64,000 bases of DNA, taken from NCBI GenBank assembly GCA_038845265.1, contig JAWBQR010000001.1:38055-102054 (forward strand), written 5' to 3'. The stretch comes from Nitrososphaerota archaeon (lineage in GTDB: Archaea; Thermoproteota; Nitrososphaeria_A; Caldarchaeales; Calditenuaceae). Of this stretch, positions 1 through 9,921 are shown piece after piece. The notes below the pieces were generated by a model that saw nothing but the letters and a program-made list of their open reading frames with translations, ran no database searches and had not been told where the DNA came from. A program made the translations under genes and the position numbers. Numbering within the stretch: position 1 is the first letter of the stretch; each line of letters starts with the position of its first letter.

Positions 1-222
1 GGGCAGTCACCAAATACTGAATTCCTGAAGAAGGAGGGCATAGAATTGAGAGACGATGGGCGAATAAAGGTAAACGAAAAGATGGAGACATCAATTATAG
101 GAGTATTCGCCGGTGGTGACGCTGTAAGAGGACCTGCAACGCTCGTAGAGGCAATTGCTGATGGAAAGAATGCTGCTATTTACATAAACAATTATCTTAA
201 AGAACTTTCTAAAAAGGATTGA
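1..222 (+). CDS. C-terminal fragment of a GltD/SudA-like NADPH-dependent pyridine nucleotide-disulfide oxidoreductase beta subunit. The start lies upstream of the window.
   Basis: Frame-1 translation ...IGVFAGGDAVRGPATLVEAIADGKNAAIYINNYL* shows the C-terminal FAD/NAD fold motif of glutamate synthase small-subunit-like proteins. The stop codon is at 220-222. Confidence 0.55.
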   Translation, partial: GQSPNTEFLKKEGIELRDDGRIKVNEKMETSIIGVFAGGDAVRGPATLVEAIADGKNAAIYINNYLKELSKKD

Positions 223-296
223 CAAGGTACAACATGTATGGGAAATATATTAAAATAGGCGAGATATCAAATTAAACTAAACCAGGTATCTCGATT

Positions 297-1154
297 ATGT
301 ATGGGGAAACTCTGATGCCTGATCGTCAAACTCCTTATCAATTAAAAATGAAGGTCATCGAAATATTTGATGAAATAGAAGGCGCTAAAACATTCAGGTT
401 CGTTAATATAGATGATAAGCCCCTGTTCAAATACAATCCGGGACAAGCAGCAAAGTTGTATTATGATACTCCTCTTAAAAAGAATGATTTTAGACTCTAT
501 TCCATAGCGTCATCTCCACTTAGATATGAGTATTTCGAGCTTACAATAAAAAGTGAGGGGGGAAGATTTGCTCCATATTTTCTTAGTCAAGCAAATGTCG
601 GAGACATCTGTATAGTTGAGGGACCATTTGGACGCTTTCTCTCAAAACCATTAGAAATGATTGAGAAGGGGCTTGTTAACATATTAGTATTTCTTGCGTC
701 CTCAAGTGGCATAGTGCCTTTTAGATGCTTTATTGAATACGCAATAGACGCAAATCTTGACATTGAAATTTACTTATTCTATGTTAATAGAACTAGAGAC
801 GACGTTATTTATAGAAGATTAATTCCTGTACTTCTATCAAGTTATAGAAAACTTAATTTGATATTTAACCTGACTCGTGAGCATCAAGTTATGGAAAATG
901 AGATAGCTGCACAAATACTATCAAATTATGAAAATTATCGAGACAGAGTTTCATTTTTATTTGGACGAAGATTGGAGTTTGAGGATATAAAGAAAACTGT
1001 AATAGGATGGGATGATGCTTATTACGCTATATGTGGCGGAGCGCGATTCATCATTGGAGATAAAGAAAGAGATGAATTAGGAATGATGCAAAAACTAGAA
1101 TTAGGAGGAATAAATAGGAAAAATATTGAGATAGACACTTATGGAACTAAATAA
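297..1154 (+). CDS. Ferredoxin-NADP reductase-like FAD/NAD-binding oxidoreductase subunit (SudB/PyrK-like partner of the upstream GltD-like gene)
   Basis: An R-x-Y-S-x-x-S FAD-binding motif (RLYSIASSP) and a G-rich NAD motif replaced by SSSGIVPF. It sits directly downstream of the GltD-like gene. Confidence 0.5.
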   Translation: MYGETLMPDRQTPYQLKMKVIEIFDEIEGAKTFRFVNIDDKPLFKYNPGQAAKLYYDTPLKKNDFRLYSIASSPLRYEYFELTIKSEGGRFAPYFLSQANVGDICIVEGPFGRFLSKPLEMIEKGLVNILVFLASSSGIVPFRCFIEYAIDANLDIEIYLFYVNRTRDDVIYRRLIPVLLSSYRKLNLIFNLTREHQVMENEIAAQILSNYENYRDRVSFLFGRRLEFEDIKKTVIGWDDAYYAICGGARFIIGDKERDELGMMQKLELGGINRKNIEIDTYGTK

Positions 1155-1158
1155 TTTT

Positions 1159-2160
1159 TTATTTTGCATTTCCTTTAAACAACGGTGCAGCTATATCTGC
1201 GATATCAATCTGATCATTGCTGATATCCTCTAAATAAAAACATGCTCGTAAAATGATAGGCAAATTCTCTCCTAGGTTATTTGCTAATGAAAGGATTGTA
1301 CCGATTAATTTATCGATTTCACCCTTTTTGTTTATCACATTAATAGCCAGCTCCGGATCGCATTTTAAAAAAGCGTCAAACGCTTCCGATTGATTTTTAG
1401 ATAGATGTTCGCCAATGTCTTTTATTTTTATTAAGATCTGAGAGCTTGGACGATAATCATGGCTTGTTTTTACAATTGATGCCAATGACGCCGCCTTGTC
1501 TCCTATCTCTTCTAGTAGTTTTGCAACTAATCGTATATCCATTAACCTTAAAGGAGTAATATTGAGTTTTCTGGCCAGACTCAGGTCTCGAATCGCGGCT
1601 CTAACTACCCTTACAAGAGTAAAATAATGCCTATCTACTTCTTCATCCCTGTTTTCGGTACTTTCAGCCCTATCAAGGTCCCAATTTACAAAGGCTTGGA
1701 CCGCGTCGTTTATCATGCTCGTCACAAGTGCGTTCTGCCTGTGTAACACTTTCGTGGGCTCTACTGCCTCTGGGTCGAGTAAAATCTGGACCTCAATTTT
1801 GTTTGGAGCCTCTTCAATTATTTCTGCCCCAGCTAGTCCCCTTATTGTCTTCTTGGCTTCAGACAAGAGCTTCGCGGGAAATCCCTTATCAGACGTTACT
1901 ATAATGTGATCATAACCTAACAGATACCCCCATATCAAGTCTCTTACTAATCGACGTGATTCCTTTATTAGAAGTGACGAAGATGTCGGCTGCACTGCTG
2001 TCTTCTCAGGTGCAATTACCAAACTACCGTCCTCTTTTATCTGCAAGAGAAGATGGTCGCCTGGCGAAAGTTTATTGTCAGCTATCCATCCTTTAGGAAG
2101 CGTGACCGCAAATGATCTCCCTCCCGCAATCTGGAGTTTCCTCCTATACGTATTATTCAT
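1159..2160 (-). CDS. PhoU-domain phosphate-uptake-regulator-like protein with an AbrB/SpoVT-type N-terminal domain
   Basis: The N-terminus RKLQIAGGRSFAVTLPKGW is a swapped-hairpin AbrB-like fold. It is followed by two PhoU-like helical repeats (DxxxA motifs). Confidence 0.65.
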   Translation of the reverse strand: MNNTYRRKLQIAGGRSFAVTLPKGWIADNKLSPGDHLLLQIKEDGSLVIAPEKTAVQPTSSSLLIKESRRLVRDLIWGYLLGYDHIIVTSDKGFPAKLLSEAKKTIRGLAGAEIIEEAPNKIEVQILLDPEAVEPTKVLHRQNALVTSMINDAVQAFVNWDLDRAESTENRDEEVDRHYFTLVRVVRAAIRDLSLARKLNITPLRLMDIRLVAKLLEEIGDKAASLASIVKTSHDYRPSSQILIKIKDIGEHLSKNQSEAFDAFLKCDPELAINVINKKGEIDKLIGTILSLANNLGENLPIILRACFYLEDISNDQIDIADIAAPLFKGNAK

Positions 2161-2214
2161 AAGTAAAACTTGTCATTTATTGCTCATAAGTCTTAACACC
2201 TCTTCTTCATTAAG

Positions 2215-3114
2215 TCAGGACATGTATGGATGTATGCCGAAGAGTCTTCCAAGAGCCTCTCCGAATAAAAATGCAGCGAAGGCAGTTCCTATCGTCAATG
2301 AAAACCCAGTCACGAATTCTTTAGTTATTGATTCCTCCCTTAAGACAGCTCCATAAGTTGTGAAAATCGCAATCATAATTATCGCAAAACTTAATGAGGA
2401 TAAAAATGCCATAAGCATTTCTGTAATGAAAAAATACGGCAAGGCGAGGAAGCTTACAGCTCCAAGATATGAAGTTCCAGTAATTGTCGCGGAGGTTAAG
2501 GGCTTAAAGCTGGCACCATGCTTTGCTTGGAGATATGCTGCTGATGCCATAGATATTGAAGCAGCAAAACCAACGACTAATCCAGCGATACCAGCTATTA
2601 ATGTTGAACTAGTAACACCTAAGAAGCCAGCGTGAACACCAGTAATCTCGATAATTGCGTCCGCTAATCCAAGCACGACAAAGCTCATATATTTTACAAC
2701 TGATTCATTTATTTGAGACATAAAGTAGCTTTCATGTTCCTTCTCGTCCTTAATTATTTTAAGAAGAACCTGTTTATCTTCTTCCTTGAGTTTTGGAAGA
2801 ATGTATTCGTATGCCTTTATTGTTTCTTTTTCGTGTCTTTCAAATAGTTTAAGAGTAAACGTTAATCCGAAAATAATTCTAAAGACATACAGAATAAAAA
2901 CTTTGATACTGCTTATCCTAACAACAAAATTATTATGCGATAGAGATTTCCAAAATTCGAAATGAGTCTTTTCGATCTCGGCTAGTTTTTCCAGTGTCAT
3001 TTTATAGTTTTCATTCTTTTCTCTTTTCGATAACTCTTTGTATATGACATAATCTGCAAATTCATCCATCGCAAATTTTAAAATTTGCTGCTCCTGAATA
3101 TATTTACTAGACAT
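2215..3114 (-). CDS. VIT1/CCC1-family iron/manganese transporter with an N-terminal ferritin/rubrerythrin-like domain
   Basis: An N-terminal ExxH ferritin-like region (EFADYVIYKELSK...EKTHFEFW) is followed by a C-terminal multi-TM CCC1-like domain. Confidence 0.6.
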   Translation of the reverse strand: MSSKYIQEQQILKFAMDEFADYVIYKELSKREKNENYKMTLEKLAEIEKTHFEFWKSLSHNNFVVRISSIKVFILYVFRIIFGLTFTLKLFERHEKETIKAYEYILPKLKEEDKQVLLKIIKDEKEHESYFMSQINESVVKYMSFVVLGLADAIIEITGVHAGFLGVTSSTLIAGIAGLVVGFAASISMASAAYLQAKHGASFKPLTSATITGTSYLGAVSFLALPYFFITEMLMAFLSSLSFAIIMIAIFTTYGAVLREESITKEFVTGFSLTIGTAFAAFLFGEALGRLFGIHPYMS

Positions 3115-3222
3115 TCTTTTATGTTTTTCTTTTACAAAAATATATACCGGATTTTATTTCTTATTTTTGCGTATTGGAGAGTTTATATTGTTCTGTTTAA
3201 GATAACCATTGGGTAAATTAAG
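3115..3222. promoter_or_regulatory. Divergent AT-rich promoter region. TATA-like boxes face the VIT gene (tatata, 3141-3146, about 27 bp from its start) and L22 (tttatatt 3183-3190 or tttaagataa 3197-3206).
   Basis: The intergenic spacer lies between divergent genes and carries TATA/BRE-like A/T tracts at archaeal spacing. Confidence 0.3.
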
Positions 3223-3681
3223 ATGCCTAATTGGAAATATTCAGTACAGATAACGGAGCCTGCAAAAACTGTCAAGGCGAGCCTAAGGGAGATTGATGTT
3301 TCTCCGAAATGGAGCAGAGAGGTATGTCAAGCAATAAAAGGATTAAGGATAGATAAAGCAAAGAAATTATTAGAAGAAGTAATAGCTAAGAAAAGAATGA
3401 TTCCTTATAGGAGATATAGAAAGCTACGTGCACATCATTCTGAAACAAAGGGACCAGGTGGATATCCAGTTAAGGTCGCCAGAAGAGTATTAAAATTGCT
3501 TGATTCACTGGAGGCAAACGCCGAGTTTAAGGGGCTCGACCTAGATAAGCTATACATCACGCATGCCGTCGCTCATAAAGGACGCGTCATTAAAAAATTC
3601 TTCCCAAGAGCCTTTGGCAGAGCTTCTCCCCATAATAAGACACTTGTCCATATTGAAGTTATAGCCACAGAGATAGGATAA
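3223..3681 (+). CDS. rpl22: 50S ribosomal protein L22 (uL22)
   Basis: MPNWKYSVQ...AKKLLEEVIAKKRMIPYRRYRK... is typical archaeal L22. Confidence 0.9.
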   Translation: MPNWKYSVQITEPAKTVKASLREIDVSPKWSREVCQAIKGLRIDKAKKLLEEVIAKKRMIPYRRYRKLRAHHSETKGPGGYPVKVARRVLKLLDSLEANAEFKGLDLDKLYITHAVAHKGRVIKKFFPRAFGRASPHNKTLVHIEVIATEIG

Positions 3682-3722
3682 AATTCACGTTTATATAGAG
3701 TCTACAAGGATTAAAGACAGAG

Positions 3723-4373
3723 TTGCCAACTACAGTGATGAAGATCCTCAGCAAGAATATAATACGAATGGAGATAGAGGAATATATTAGAGAGAGGCTA
3801 AAAGATGCTTTTTTCGGAGGAGTAAGCATAACTTCTTCACCAATAGGTACCAACATAACTATTTACTCAATGCGGCCAGGATTAGTCATCGGCACTAGAG
3901 GTAAAGTCATTAAAGCATTGCAAAAAGAGCTGGAAGAGAAGTTTGGGCTTGAGAATCTTCAGATCTCTGTTTCAGAGATAGAAGTCCCCGAGCTTAATCC
4001 ATATGTTATGGCCCAGAGAATTGCACAGGCAATTTCGAGCGGAGTTAGATGGCGAAGAGTTGCCTTCTGGGCATTAAGACGAATAATGGACGCCGGTGCA
4101 CGGGGCGCAGAGATTACTATAAGTGGAAAATTGACGTCAGCGAGGGCTAGGTCTGAGAAATTTTTCGCTGGAATAATGCCTAAATCAGGCGAGTTCGCTA
4201 AGCGATACGTTAAGACAGGCGTCGCTCATGTACAGCTAGCAACCGGCATATATGGAATAAAGGTGAAAATTTATCCGCCAGATGCTCCCTTAGCTGAGGA
4301 AGTTAAAATTGAAGAATTAAAAGAGGGACTAAAGGTGATGAGTAGTGAGGGCGCTCAAGGAGTTAAGAAGTAA
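3723..4373 (+). CDS. rps3: 30S ribosomal protein S3 (uS3)
   Basis: A KH domain plus the S3 C-domain (GVRWRRVAFWALRRIMDAGARGAEITISGKL). It follows L22. Confidence 0.9.
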   Translation: MPTTVMKILSKNIIRMEIEEYIRERLKDAFFGGVSITSSPIGTNITIYSMRPGLVIGTRGKVIKALQKELEEKFGLENLQISVSEIEVPELNPYVMAQRIAQAISSGVRWRRVAFWALRRIMDAGARGAEITISGKLTSARARSEKFFAGIMPKSGEFAKRYVKTGVAHVQLATGIYGIKVKIYPPDAPLAEEVKIEELKEGLKVMSSEGAQGVKK

Positions 4374-4566
4374 GTCTGATGAAGAATTAATCGAGGAACT
4401 CCAAGAACTAAGGACAGAACTAAGAAATCTACGAACAAAGATAAGATCAGGAGGAGCAGTTGAGAACTCTGGACAATTACGGAATATTAAGAGGACGATC
4501 GCGAGGATCCTTACAATACTTAATGAGAGAAAAAGAGGATTAGGCAAGAAACTTGGAGAAGAGTAA
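4345..4566 (+). CDS. rpl29: 50S ribosomal protein L29 (uL29)
   Basis: LKELRSKSDEELIEELQELRTELRNLR is the L29 signature. It overlaps the end of S3, as usual. Confidence 0.85.
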   Translation: MRALKELRSKSDEELIEELQELRTELRNLRTKIRSGGAVENSGQLRNIKRTIARILTILNERKRGLGKKLGEE

Positions 4567-4852
4567 AACTAAGCGTAAGATAATATCTATGGTTGGGTAT
4601 CAGGTCAAAATAAAACCAAAGTTTAGCGATTACGTGATTGATGGAATGATTATTGATGAGACGAAAAATATGATAACGATTAGGGCTACTCAGGGCACCA
4701 TAAAAAGATTTCCTAAAAACGCTATTTCACTTTATATATGTGACTATGATAAGCACCTTTACTTAAAAGATGGCAAACAAATCATTGGCACTCCAAGCGA
4801 AAGGGTTAAGCGTATTCGTCGTAAGTGGGCAAAAACATTAGATAAACGTTAA
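4553..4852 (+). CDS. rnp1: RNase P protein component 1 (Rpp29/Pop4)
   Basis: It has a conserved position between L29 and S17 and a Sm-like barrel sequence (GMIIDETKNMITIR...). Confidence 0.7.
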   Translation: MEKSKTKRKIISMVGYQVKIKPKFSDYVIDGMIIDETKNMITIRATQGTIKRFPKNAISLYICDYDKHLYLKDGKQIIGTPSERVKRIRRKWAKTLDKR

Positions 4853-4900
4853 TACCTACACTCACCGTTTTTCATCAGACCAGCAGTAGAGTGGTCGATA

Positions 4901-5242
4901 ATGAAGCCGACTAGGAATATTGGACTTGACGTGACGCCTCCTACAAAAACATGTGATGATGAGAAATGTCCATATCACGGGTCTGTATCAGTTAGGGGCA
5001 TCATAATTACTGGCAAGGTTATTAAGAAATACATGAAGAACGCTGCCGTTATCGAGAGAAATACTGTGTATTATGTAAAGAAATATAAGAGGTATGAGAG
5101 GAGACGTAAGAGAATTTCTGTCCACTTGCCGCCATGCATTGATGCTGATGTTGGCGATGTCGTTAGGGCAGCTGAATGTAGACCACTCTCCAAGACCATT
5201 AGTTTTGTAGTAATAGAGAATCTCTCAAGAAAGGGTGGTTAG
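4901..5242 (+). CDS. rps17: 30S ribosomal protein S17 (uS17)
   Basis: An OB-fold S17 signature ([43 protein letters not shown]). Confidence 0.85.
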   Translation: MKPTRNIGLDVTPPTKTCDDEKCPYHGSVSVRGIIITGKVIKKYMKNAAVIERNTVYYVKKYKRYERRRKRISVHLPPCIDADVGDVVRAAECRPLSKTISFVVIENLSRKGG

Positions 5243-5244
5243 AG

Positions 5245-5679
5245 ATGGCTAAGAGGTCAAGAGCAGTCTCTGAGGTGGGAATACTTCTTAGACGCCCAAA
5301 TATACCTAGGACAATTACTCATGGAGCATTAATCAACTGTGCTGACAACTCAGGGGCTCAAATTCTTAAGGTCATTCAAGTGGTAGGTTTAAAGGGTCGA
5401 TTAAGGAGACAACCAGCAGCAGGGGTCGGCGACCTAGTGACGGTTACTGTCAAAAAGGGAAACATAGAATTAAGGAAGAAGATCATGTATGCTATTATAA
5501 TTAGGCAGAAGAAGCCTTATAGGAGACCCGATGGTACATGGATAGCATTTGAGGATAATGCTGGAGTTTTAGTCACTCCTGAAGGAGACTTAAAGGGGAC
5601 GGAGATAAAGGGCCCAGTAGCAAAGGAAGCCGCTGAAAGGTGGGCAAAAATTGCTAATGCTGCATCAATAATTATTTGA
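5245..5679 (+). CDS. rpl14: 50S ribosomal protein L14 (uL14)
   Basis: [19 protein letters not shown]... is highly conserved in L14. Confidence 0.9.
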   Translation: MAKRSRAVSEVGILLRRPNIPRTITHGALINCADNSGAQILKVIQVVGLKGRLRRQPAAGVGDLVTVTVKKGNIELRKKIMYAIIIRQKKPYRRPDGTWIAFEDNAGVLVTPEGDLKGTEIKGPVAKEAAERWAKIANAASIII

Positions 5680-5694
5680 GAGGGGGTAGAGATT

Positions 5695-6078
5695 ATGAAG
5701 CCCAAGGATCCGAGTAAACAACGTAAAAAATTGTTTAGAGCACCTTATCACTTATTAAAGGAAATGATGAAGGCACATCTATCTAGTGAGCTTGCGGAGA
5801 GATATAAAAGAAGAGCTGTTCCTATAAGAAAGGGGGATACAGTGAAGGTACTTAGAGGGGAGTTTAAAGGGATTCAGGGCAAAGTAATAAATGTAGATAG
5901 GAGAAGGATGAGGATATATGTTGAGAATGTTACAAGAAAGAAGGCAGACGGGTCTACAGTGAATGTACCCATCCATGTCACTAAAGTAATGATAACTCAG
6001 TTAAACTTAGATGACGAGTATAGGAAAACCTTGCTAGAAGGAGGAAGAAGAGCCTTAGCTGAGTGGAAGGCAAGGTGA
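5695..6078 (+). CDS. rpl24: 50S ribosomal protein L24 (uL24)
   Basis: A KOW motif (IRKGDTVKVLRGEFKGIQGKV). Confidence 0.85.
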   Translation: MKPKDPSKQRKKLFRAPYHLLKEMMKAHLSSELAERYKRRAVPIRKGDTVKVLRGEFKGIQGKVINVDRRRMRIYVENVTRKKADGSTVNVPIHVTKVMITQLNLDDEYRKTLLEGGRRALAEWKAR

Positions 6079-6085
6079 TGAATAT

Positions 6086-6802
6086 ATGAGACTAAAAAGA
6101 TTAGCTGCACCAAAATCCTTCATAATTCCAAGAAAGGGAAAGAAGTTTGCTCCTCACCCAGTAGCGGGCCCACATCCGAAGAATTCTTCCATCCCACTTC
6201 TCCTCATCATTAGGGACTACTTGAAGTATGCTTCAACCGGGCTGGAGGCTGAGAAAATAATAAAAATGAAAAAAGTAATGATTGATAATCGATATGTCAC
6301 TGAACCTAGATATCCTGTGGGATTAATGGATGTCATATCGTTGCCAGACGTCAATGAGCATTATAGAGTAATACCGATCTATAAGAGAGGATTAACATTA
6401 ATTAAAATTGATGAGGATGAGGCTAGTTTTAAATTAGGCATGATAATTCGAAAGACGATGGTTAAGGATGGCGCTATTCAGTTTACACTACATGACGGGA
6501 GGAACCTACTTTTCAAAAATCCCTCCTCGGATGTAAAGTTAATTCCAGTAGGAGATACATTTAAGATAAGTCTCCCAGACCAAGAATTACTTACACACCT
6601 CGAATTGGCAGAAGGTAACTATGGGTTGATTATCGCTGGTTCGAGGTCTGGACTCCATGGAAAAATAATCAAGATTGATAAGACGCCAAAATATCCTGCT
6701 AAACCGTTAATCCAGCTTGAGTCTAATATAGGAACAATATCTACTATCCTGAAGTACGTAATGGTAGTAGGGGATGAAAAACCATGGCTGAAACTAAGTT
6801 AG
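6086..6802 (+). CDS. rps4e: 30S ribosomal protein S4e (eS4)
   Basis: RLKRLAAPKSF...HPVAGPHP... is the S4e N-terminus, and a KOW domain follows. Confidence 0.85.
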   Translation: MRLKRLAAPKSFIIPRKGKKFAPHPVAGPHPKNSSIPLLLIIRDYLKYASTGLEAEKIIKMKKVMIDNRYVTEPRYPVGLMDVISLPDVNEHYRVIPIYKRGLTLIKIDEDEASFKLGMIIRKTMVKDGAIQFTLHDGRNLLFKNPSSDVKLIPVGDTFKISLPDQELLTHLELAEGNYGLIIAGSRSGLHGKIIKIDKTPKYPAKPLIQLESNIGTISTILKYVMVVGDEKPWLKLS

Positions 6803-7314
6803 AAAATATCAATAGACGAATCAGGATATCAAAGGTTATAATTAATTCAAGCCTAGGCGCAGCAGCTGCTAGGCTTGAAAAAGCATCGAAGATACTAGAA
6901 GAACTTACAGGACAAAAACCATCTCTTAGAAGAGCCAAAAAAACAATAAGAGGGTTTGGAATTCATAAGGGAGAACCAATTGCAGTGATGGTAACTTTGA
7001 GGGGGGAGAAAGCAATTGAATTTTTAAAGAATGCACTAGCTGCAGTTGGAAATAAGTTAAAAGAAAGCAGCTTCGATGAGTATGGAAATTTTGCCTTCGG
7101 AATTAAAGAGCACTTGGATATTCCCGGAACTAAATACAATCCAGAAGTTGGAATTATTGGTATGGATGTGATAGTTAATGTTGATAGACCTGGACGTAGA
7201 GTAGAACTAAGGAGAATAAAAAGAAGCAAAATTGGTAGAAATCATAGGATAACAAAAGAAGAATCAATAGAATTCATTCAAAAAGAGTTTAACGTAGAGA
7301 TAATTAGGGAGTAA
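6784..7314 (+). CDS. rpl5: 50S ribosomal protein L5 (uL5)
   Basis: RISKVIINSSLG...FGIHKGEPIAVMVTLRGEKA is the L5 family signature. Confidence 0.9.
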   Translation: MAETKLENINRRIRISKVIINSSLGAAAARLEKASKILEELTGQKPSLRRAKKTIRGFGIHKGEPIAVMVTLRGEKAIEFLKNALAAVGNKLKESSFDEYGNFAFGIKEHLDIPGTKYNPEVGIIGMDVIVNVDRPGRRVELRRIKRSKIGRNHRITKEESIEFIQKEFNVEIIRE

Positions 7315-7324
7315 AGTATTATTT

Positions 7325-9493
7325 TTAGATTTTTCCTATTATTGGTTCAAGGATGGTGCTTGCTGCTCTTTTAAGCATCTCAATATACTTTCTTGAGTCA
7401 TAGCTGTATGTTGTTGATACATCAATAGGCACTGCCTTAAAACTACCCTCATCTCTACATAGCACATAATTAAGCATAACCCCTGGCCCGGCATCTATGC
7501 CTTCTCTCCTAAGAATCTTAGCTGCACTTAATGTATATGTATTGTTAGAGTATATTTCAATTGGGGCGCAAAGCGACCTAGAGATCACTAAATCTTCTGG
7601 ATCCACATTTCCCACCACGATTCTCCTAATATATTGATTTAGTAATTGTTTACATTTTTCGGCTTCCTTAACTAGCTGTTGATGAGAGTTCGCTCTGCTT
7701 AAATTATTGAGCATCTCAATCTGCATTTTCTTAACTATCGGCGGCGTGTCGCGTCTTCTTGCCTCTATTCCTCTATACTTTAGTGTATTATTTCTAAGCA
7801 CTCCGAAGTATCTATTATTGACGGGCCGTGAGGAGTGTGTCTTAGATTTTAGAAAAACTATCCATTTATATCTACCTTCATAACTTACTGGCAGTCCTGT
7901 TTTATTCTCTATTTCTTCAGCTAGCTCTAAGTATTCATCATCGCTTGCATTCTTTTTCCATATCCAGAGCGAGTCCACTATTCCATGAATGACCTTAAAT
8001 CTCCTCCTCTCGGCTATTTTTATCGACCTTAAAAGAACCTCCCTAGCATAGCTACACACAGCCATATGTGCTTCTCTTCTACCGAATTTTGCTTTTCTGA
8101 ATCCTAGATAGCCGAATGACGTGACTAAGATCCATTTAAGCGCATCAGACCTGGCCTTATAAATCTCTTTTGAGACACTGTTGTCTTCAGATCTATAGAG
8201 CATTTTATAGATGAGTCTCCTTGTGATGATACTTTCTATTGCTCGCGGCACAATTCCTCGCCATTTTTTGCATATATGAAAGCCTAACTCCGGGACGATT
8301 TCGCCCTCGCCTCTGCAACATTCACAGTTTATAGTCTCTCCACTTATGTTATGCCTAACCATTAGTTGAGGATAAAGACTCTGAAAATCTATCTCACCAA
8401 CATTCCAATAGATTCCAGCCGCAGCATCGAGTATTAATCCTCCACGGTCGGCCCTCCTAAGTTTTTGGGCATCAATATACGAGGTTGTGTTTGGGGTCCA
8501 AGGAATTAATATGCCAAGTTTATAAGCATGGTAATATTGAAGAGAGCTCATACACATCCCTATTGTGTAACGAGCAGCAAGCTGTAGAGGTATGCGTGCA
8601 ACTCTAGAGACCTCTACTAATCCATTCAGACCCGTAGTGGATGCAAGCATCGAGTTTTCCAAATCCACATGAATCCTACCCTTCAGAAATACAGGAGTGT
8701 GAGACCTGTAGATCCTCCCATAACTCATATACGAATAAGACTTTGTACGTATGGGAATTGATCCGCTACATCTATTTAGTCTGAGCTCTAATCCAAGCAC
8801 TGAAGCTCTATATTGCAGATATGGCAGTTGAAATGAATCGCCGCCAGCTGTAAGAATCACGTCTATGTCAAATTCTTCAAGAACATTTCCCAGCCCACGT
8901 ATTATTGCTTCCTCGTCACCATCCAGCTCTACTCTTTCACTACCGATAAGCACAATCCTTTCTATCCTATCATTGAATTGGGGAATCTTCCTGCTCTTTC
9001 TTGGAATAATTATTAATTTGGCAACTTGCATCCAATCTATATTATAATTAACTCTGAGTTGTGATTCGAGGCTAGTTATTTGGTCACCTTTTACCGCGAT
9101 GAGGGCAGTTGGAAATAAGTCATGTTCATAGAGAAAACTCTGCATAGATGGTAGATCAACGTTAAAAAGCTTAAACTCAACATAATTTCCCATTTCTAAG
9201 AGTTTTCTCGCCAATAACTTTTTAAAACCAATCGGGACCGATATCTCTAGTGCCTTTCTATTTTTTCTTCCAGGTTCGATAAATTTTTCAACAATATTAA
9301 CTCGATAGCTACTGCTTAAGTGTTGATAAAGTTCGATTAATTTAGGAACTGGTCCAATTAAGCAGATCTTAGGAAGCCATTCTACGACGTGCTTATAGAC
9401 ATCCTTTGGGCCTCTCTTAATCCAGAGGGCCACAGAATTCGGCCCTTCAGGATGCAGGTCTAGGAGCCAGCCTTTGATCATAATAATTATCAC
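7325..9493 (-). CDS. Family-B DNA polymerase homologue with degenerate exonuclease and polymerase catalytic motifs (inactivated PolB-like)
   Basis: Motif A is intact (EIDFQSLYPQLM). Motif B is KWILVTSFGYLGF. Motif C reads IHGIVDS instead of YGDTDS. Exo I is FDID and Exo II is GDSFQLPYL, with the FD aspartate replaced by Q. A CECC...C insertion is present. At 722 aa it is shorter than a replicative PolB. Confidence 0.6.
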   Translation of the reverse strand: MIIIMIKGWLLDLHPEGPNSVALWIKRGPKDVYKHVVEWLPKICLIGPVPKLIELYQHLSSSYRVNIVEKFIEPGRKNRKALEISVPIGFKKLLARKLLEMGNYVEFKLFNVDLPSMQSFLYEHDLFPTALIAVKGDQITSLESQLRVNYNIDWMQVAKLIIIPRKSRKIPQFNDRIERIVLIGSERVELDGDEEAIIRGLGNVLEEFDIDVILTAGGDSFQLPYLQYRASVLGLELRLNRCSGSIPIRTKSYSYMSYGRIYRSHTPVFLKGRIHVDLENSMLASTTGLNGLVEVSRVARIPLQLAARYTIGMCMSSLQYYHAYKLGILIPWTPNTTSYIDAQKLRRADRGGLILDAAAGIYWNVGEIDFQSLYPQLMVRHNISGETINCECCRGEGEIVPELGFHICKKWRGIVPRAIESIITRRLIYKMLYRSEDNSVSKEIYKARSDALKWILVTSFGYLGFRKAKFGRREAHMAVCSYAREVLLRSIKIAERRRFKVIHGIVDSLWIWKKNASDDEYLELAEEIENKTGLPVSYEGRYKWIVFLKSKTHSSRPVNNRYFGVLRNNTLKYRGIEARRRDTPPIVKKMQIEMLNNLSRANSHQQLVKEAEKCKQLLNQYIRRIVVGNVDPEDLVISRSLCAPIEIYSNNTYTLSAAKILRREGIDAGPGVMLNYVLCRDEGSFKAVPIDVSTTYSYDSRKYIEMLKRAASTILEPIIGKI

Positions 9494-9795
9494 TCGAAAG
9501 TATCTTTATGATTACTGGATCTGCTAACCATCATCAAGCTATTTTTTACTTTCTTTTCAAGAAGCATAATTCTATGCTCATGATTCATGAGGATAGACAT
9601 TATGAAGATTCTAAACACTTCTTGTTCAGGAGTCATTGTACCGGCATGAATGTATCTAAATGCACCATCAATCATTCTCTCAAATACTTCACGTTCATCC
9701 TTCAATAATGCTCTTCTAAAGTTAGCCCATTTAGCAATCTCAGACTCAAGACGTTGACGATACGTTAGTGATGATCTACCCATTCCTGAATACAA
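9490..9795 (-). CDS. Hypothetical 101-aa protein, translationally coupled to the PolB-like gene by a 4-nt overlap
   Basis: An ORF in the track. Its stop overlaps the PolB-like start codon (9490-9493). No recognisable motifs. Confidence 0.35.
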   Translation of the reverse strand: MYSGMGRSSLTYRQRLESEIAKWANFRRALLKDEREVFERMIDGAFRYIHAGTMTPEQEVFRIFIMSILMNHEHRIMLLEKKVKNSLMMVSRSSNHKDTFE

Positions 9796-9921
9796 TTTTA
9801 ATTACTTAATGATAAGTCAAGAGAGTTTTCCGAAAATGCATAGATATAAAGAGAGGACGAGAAAAGTGACGGCTATAGTTGTGAAAATGGATTGTAATTG
9901 GCCATTTGAACTAGCGGGACT

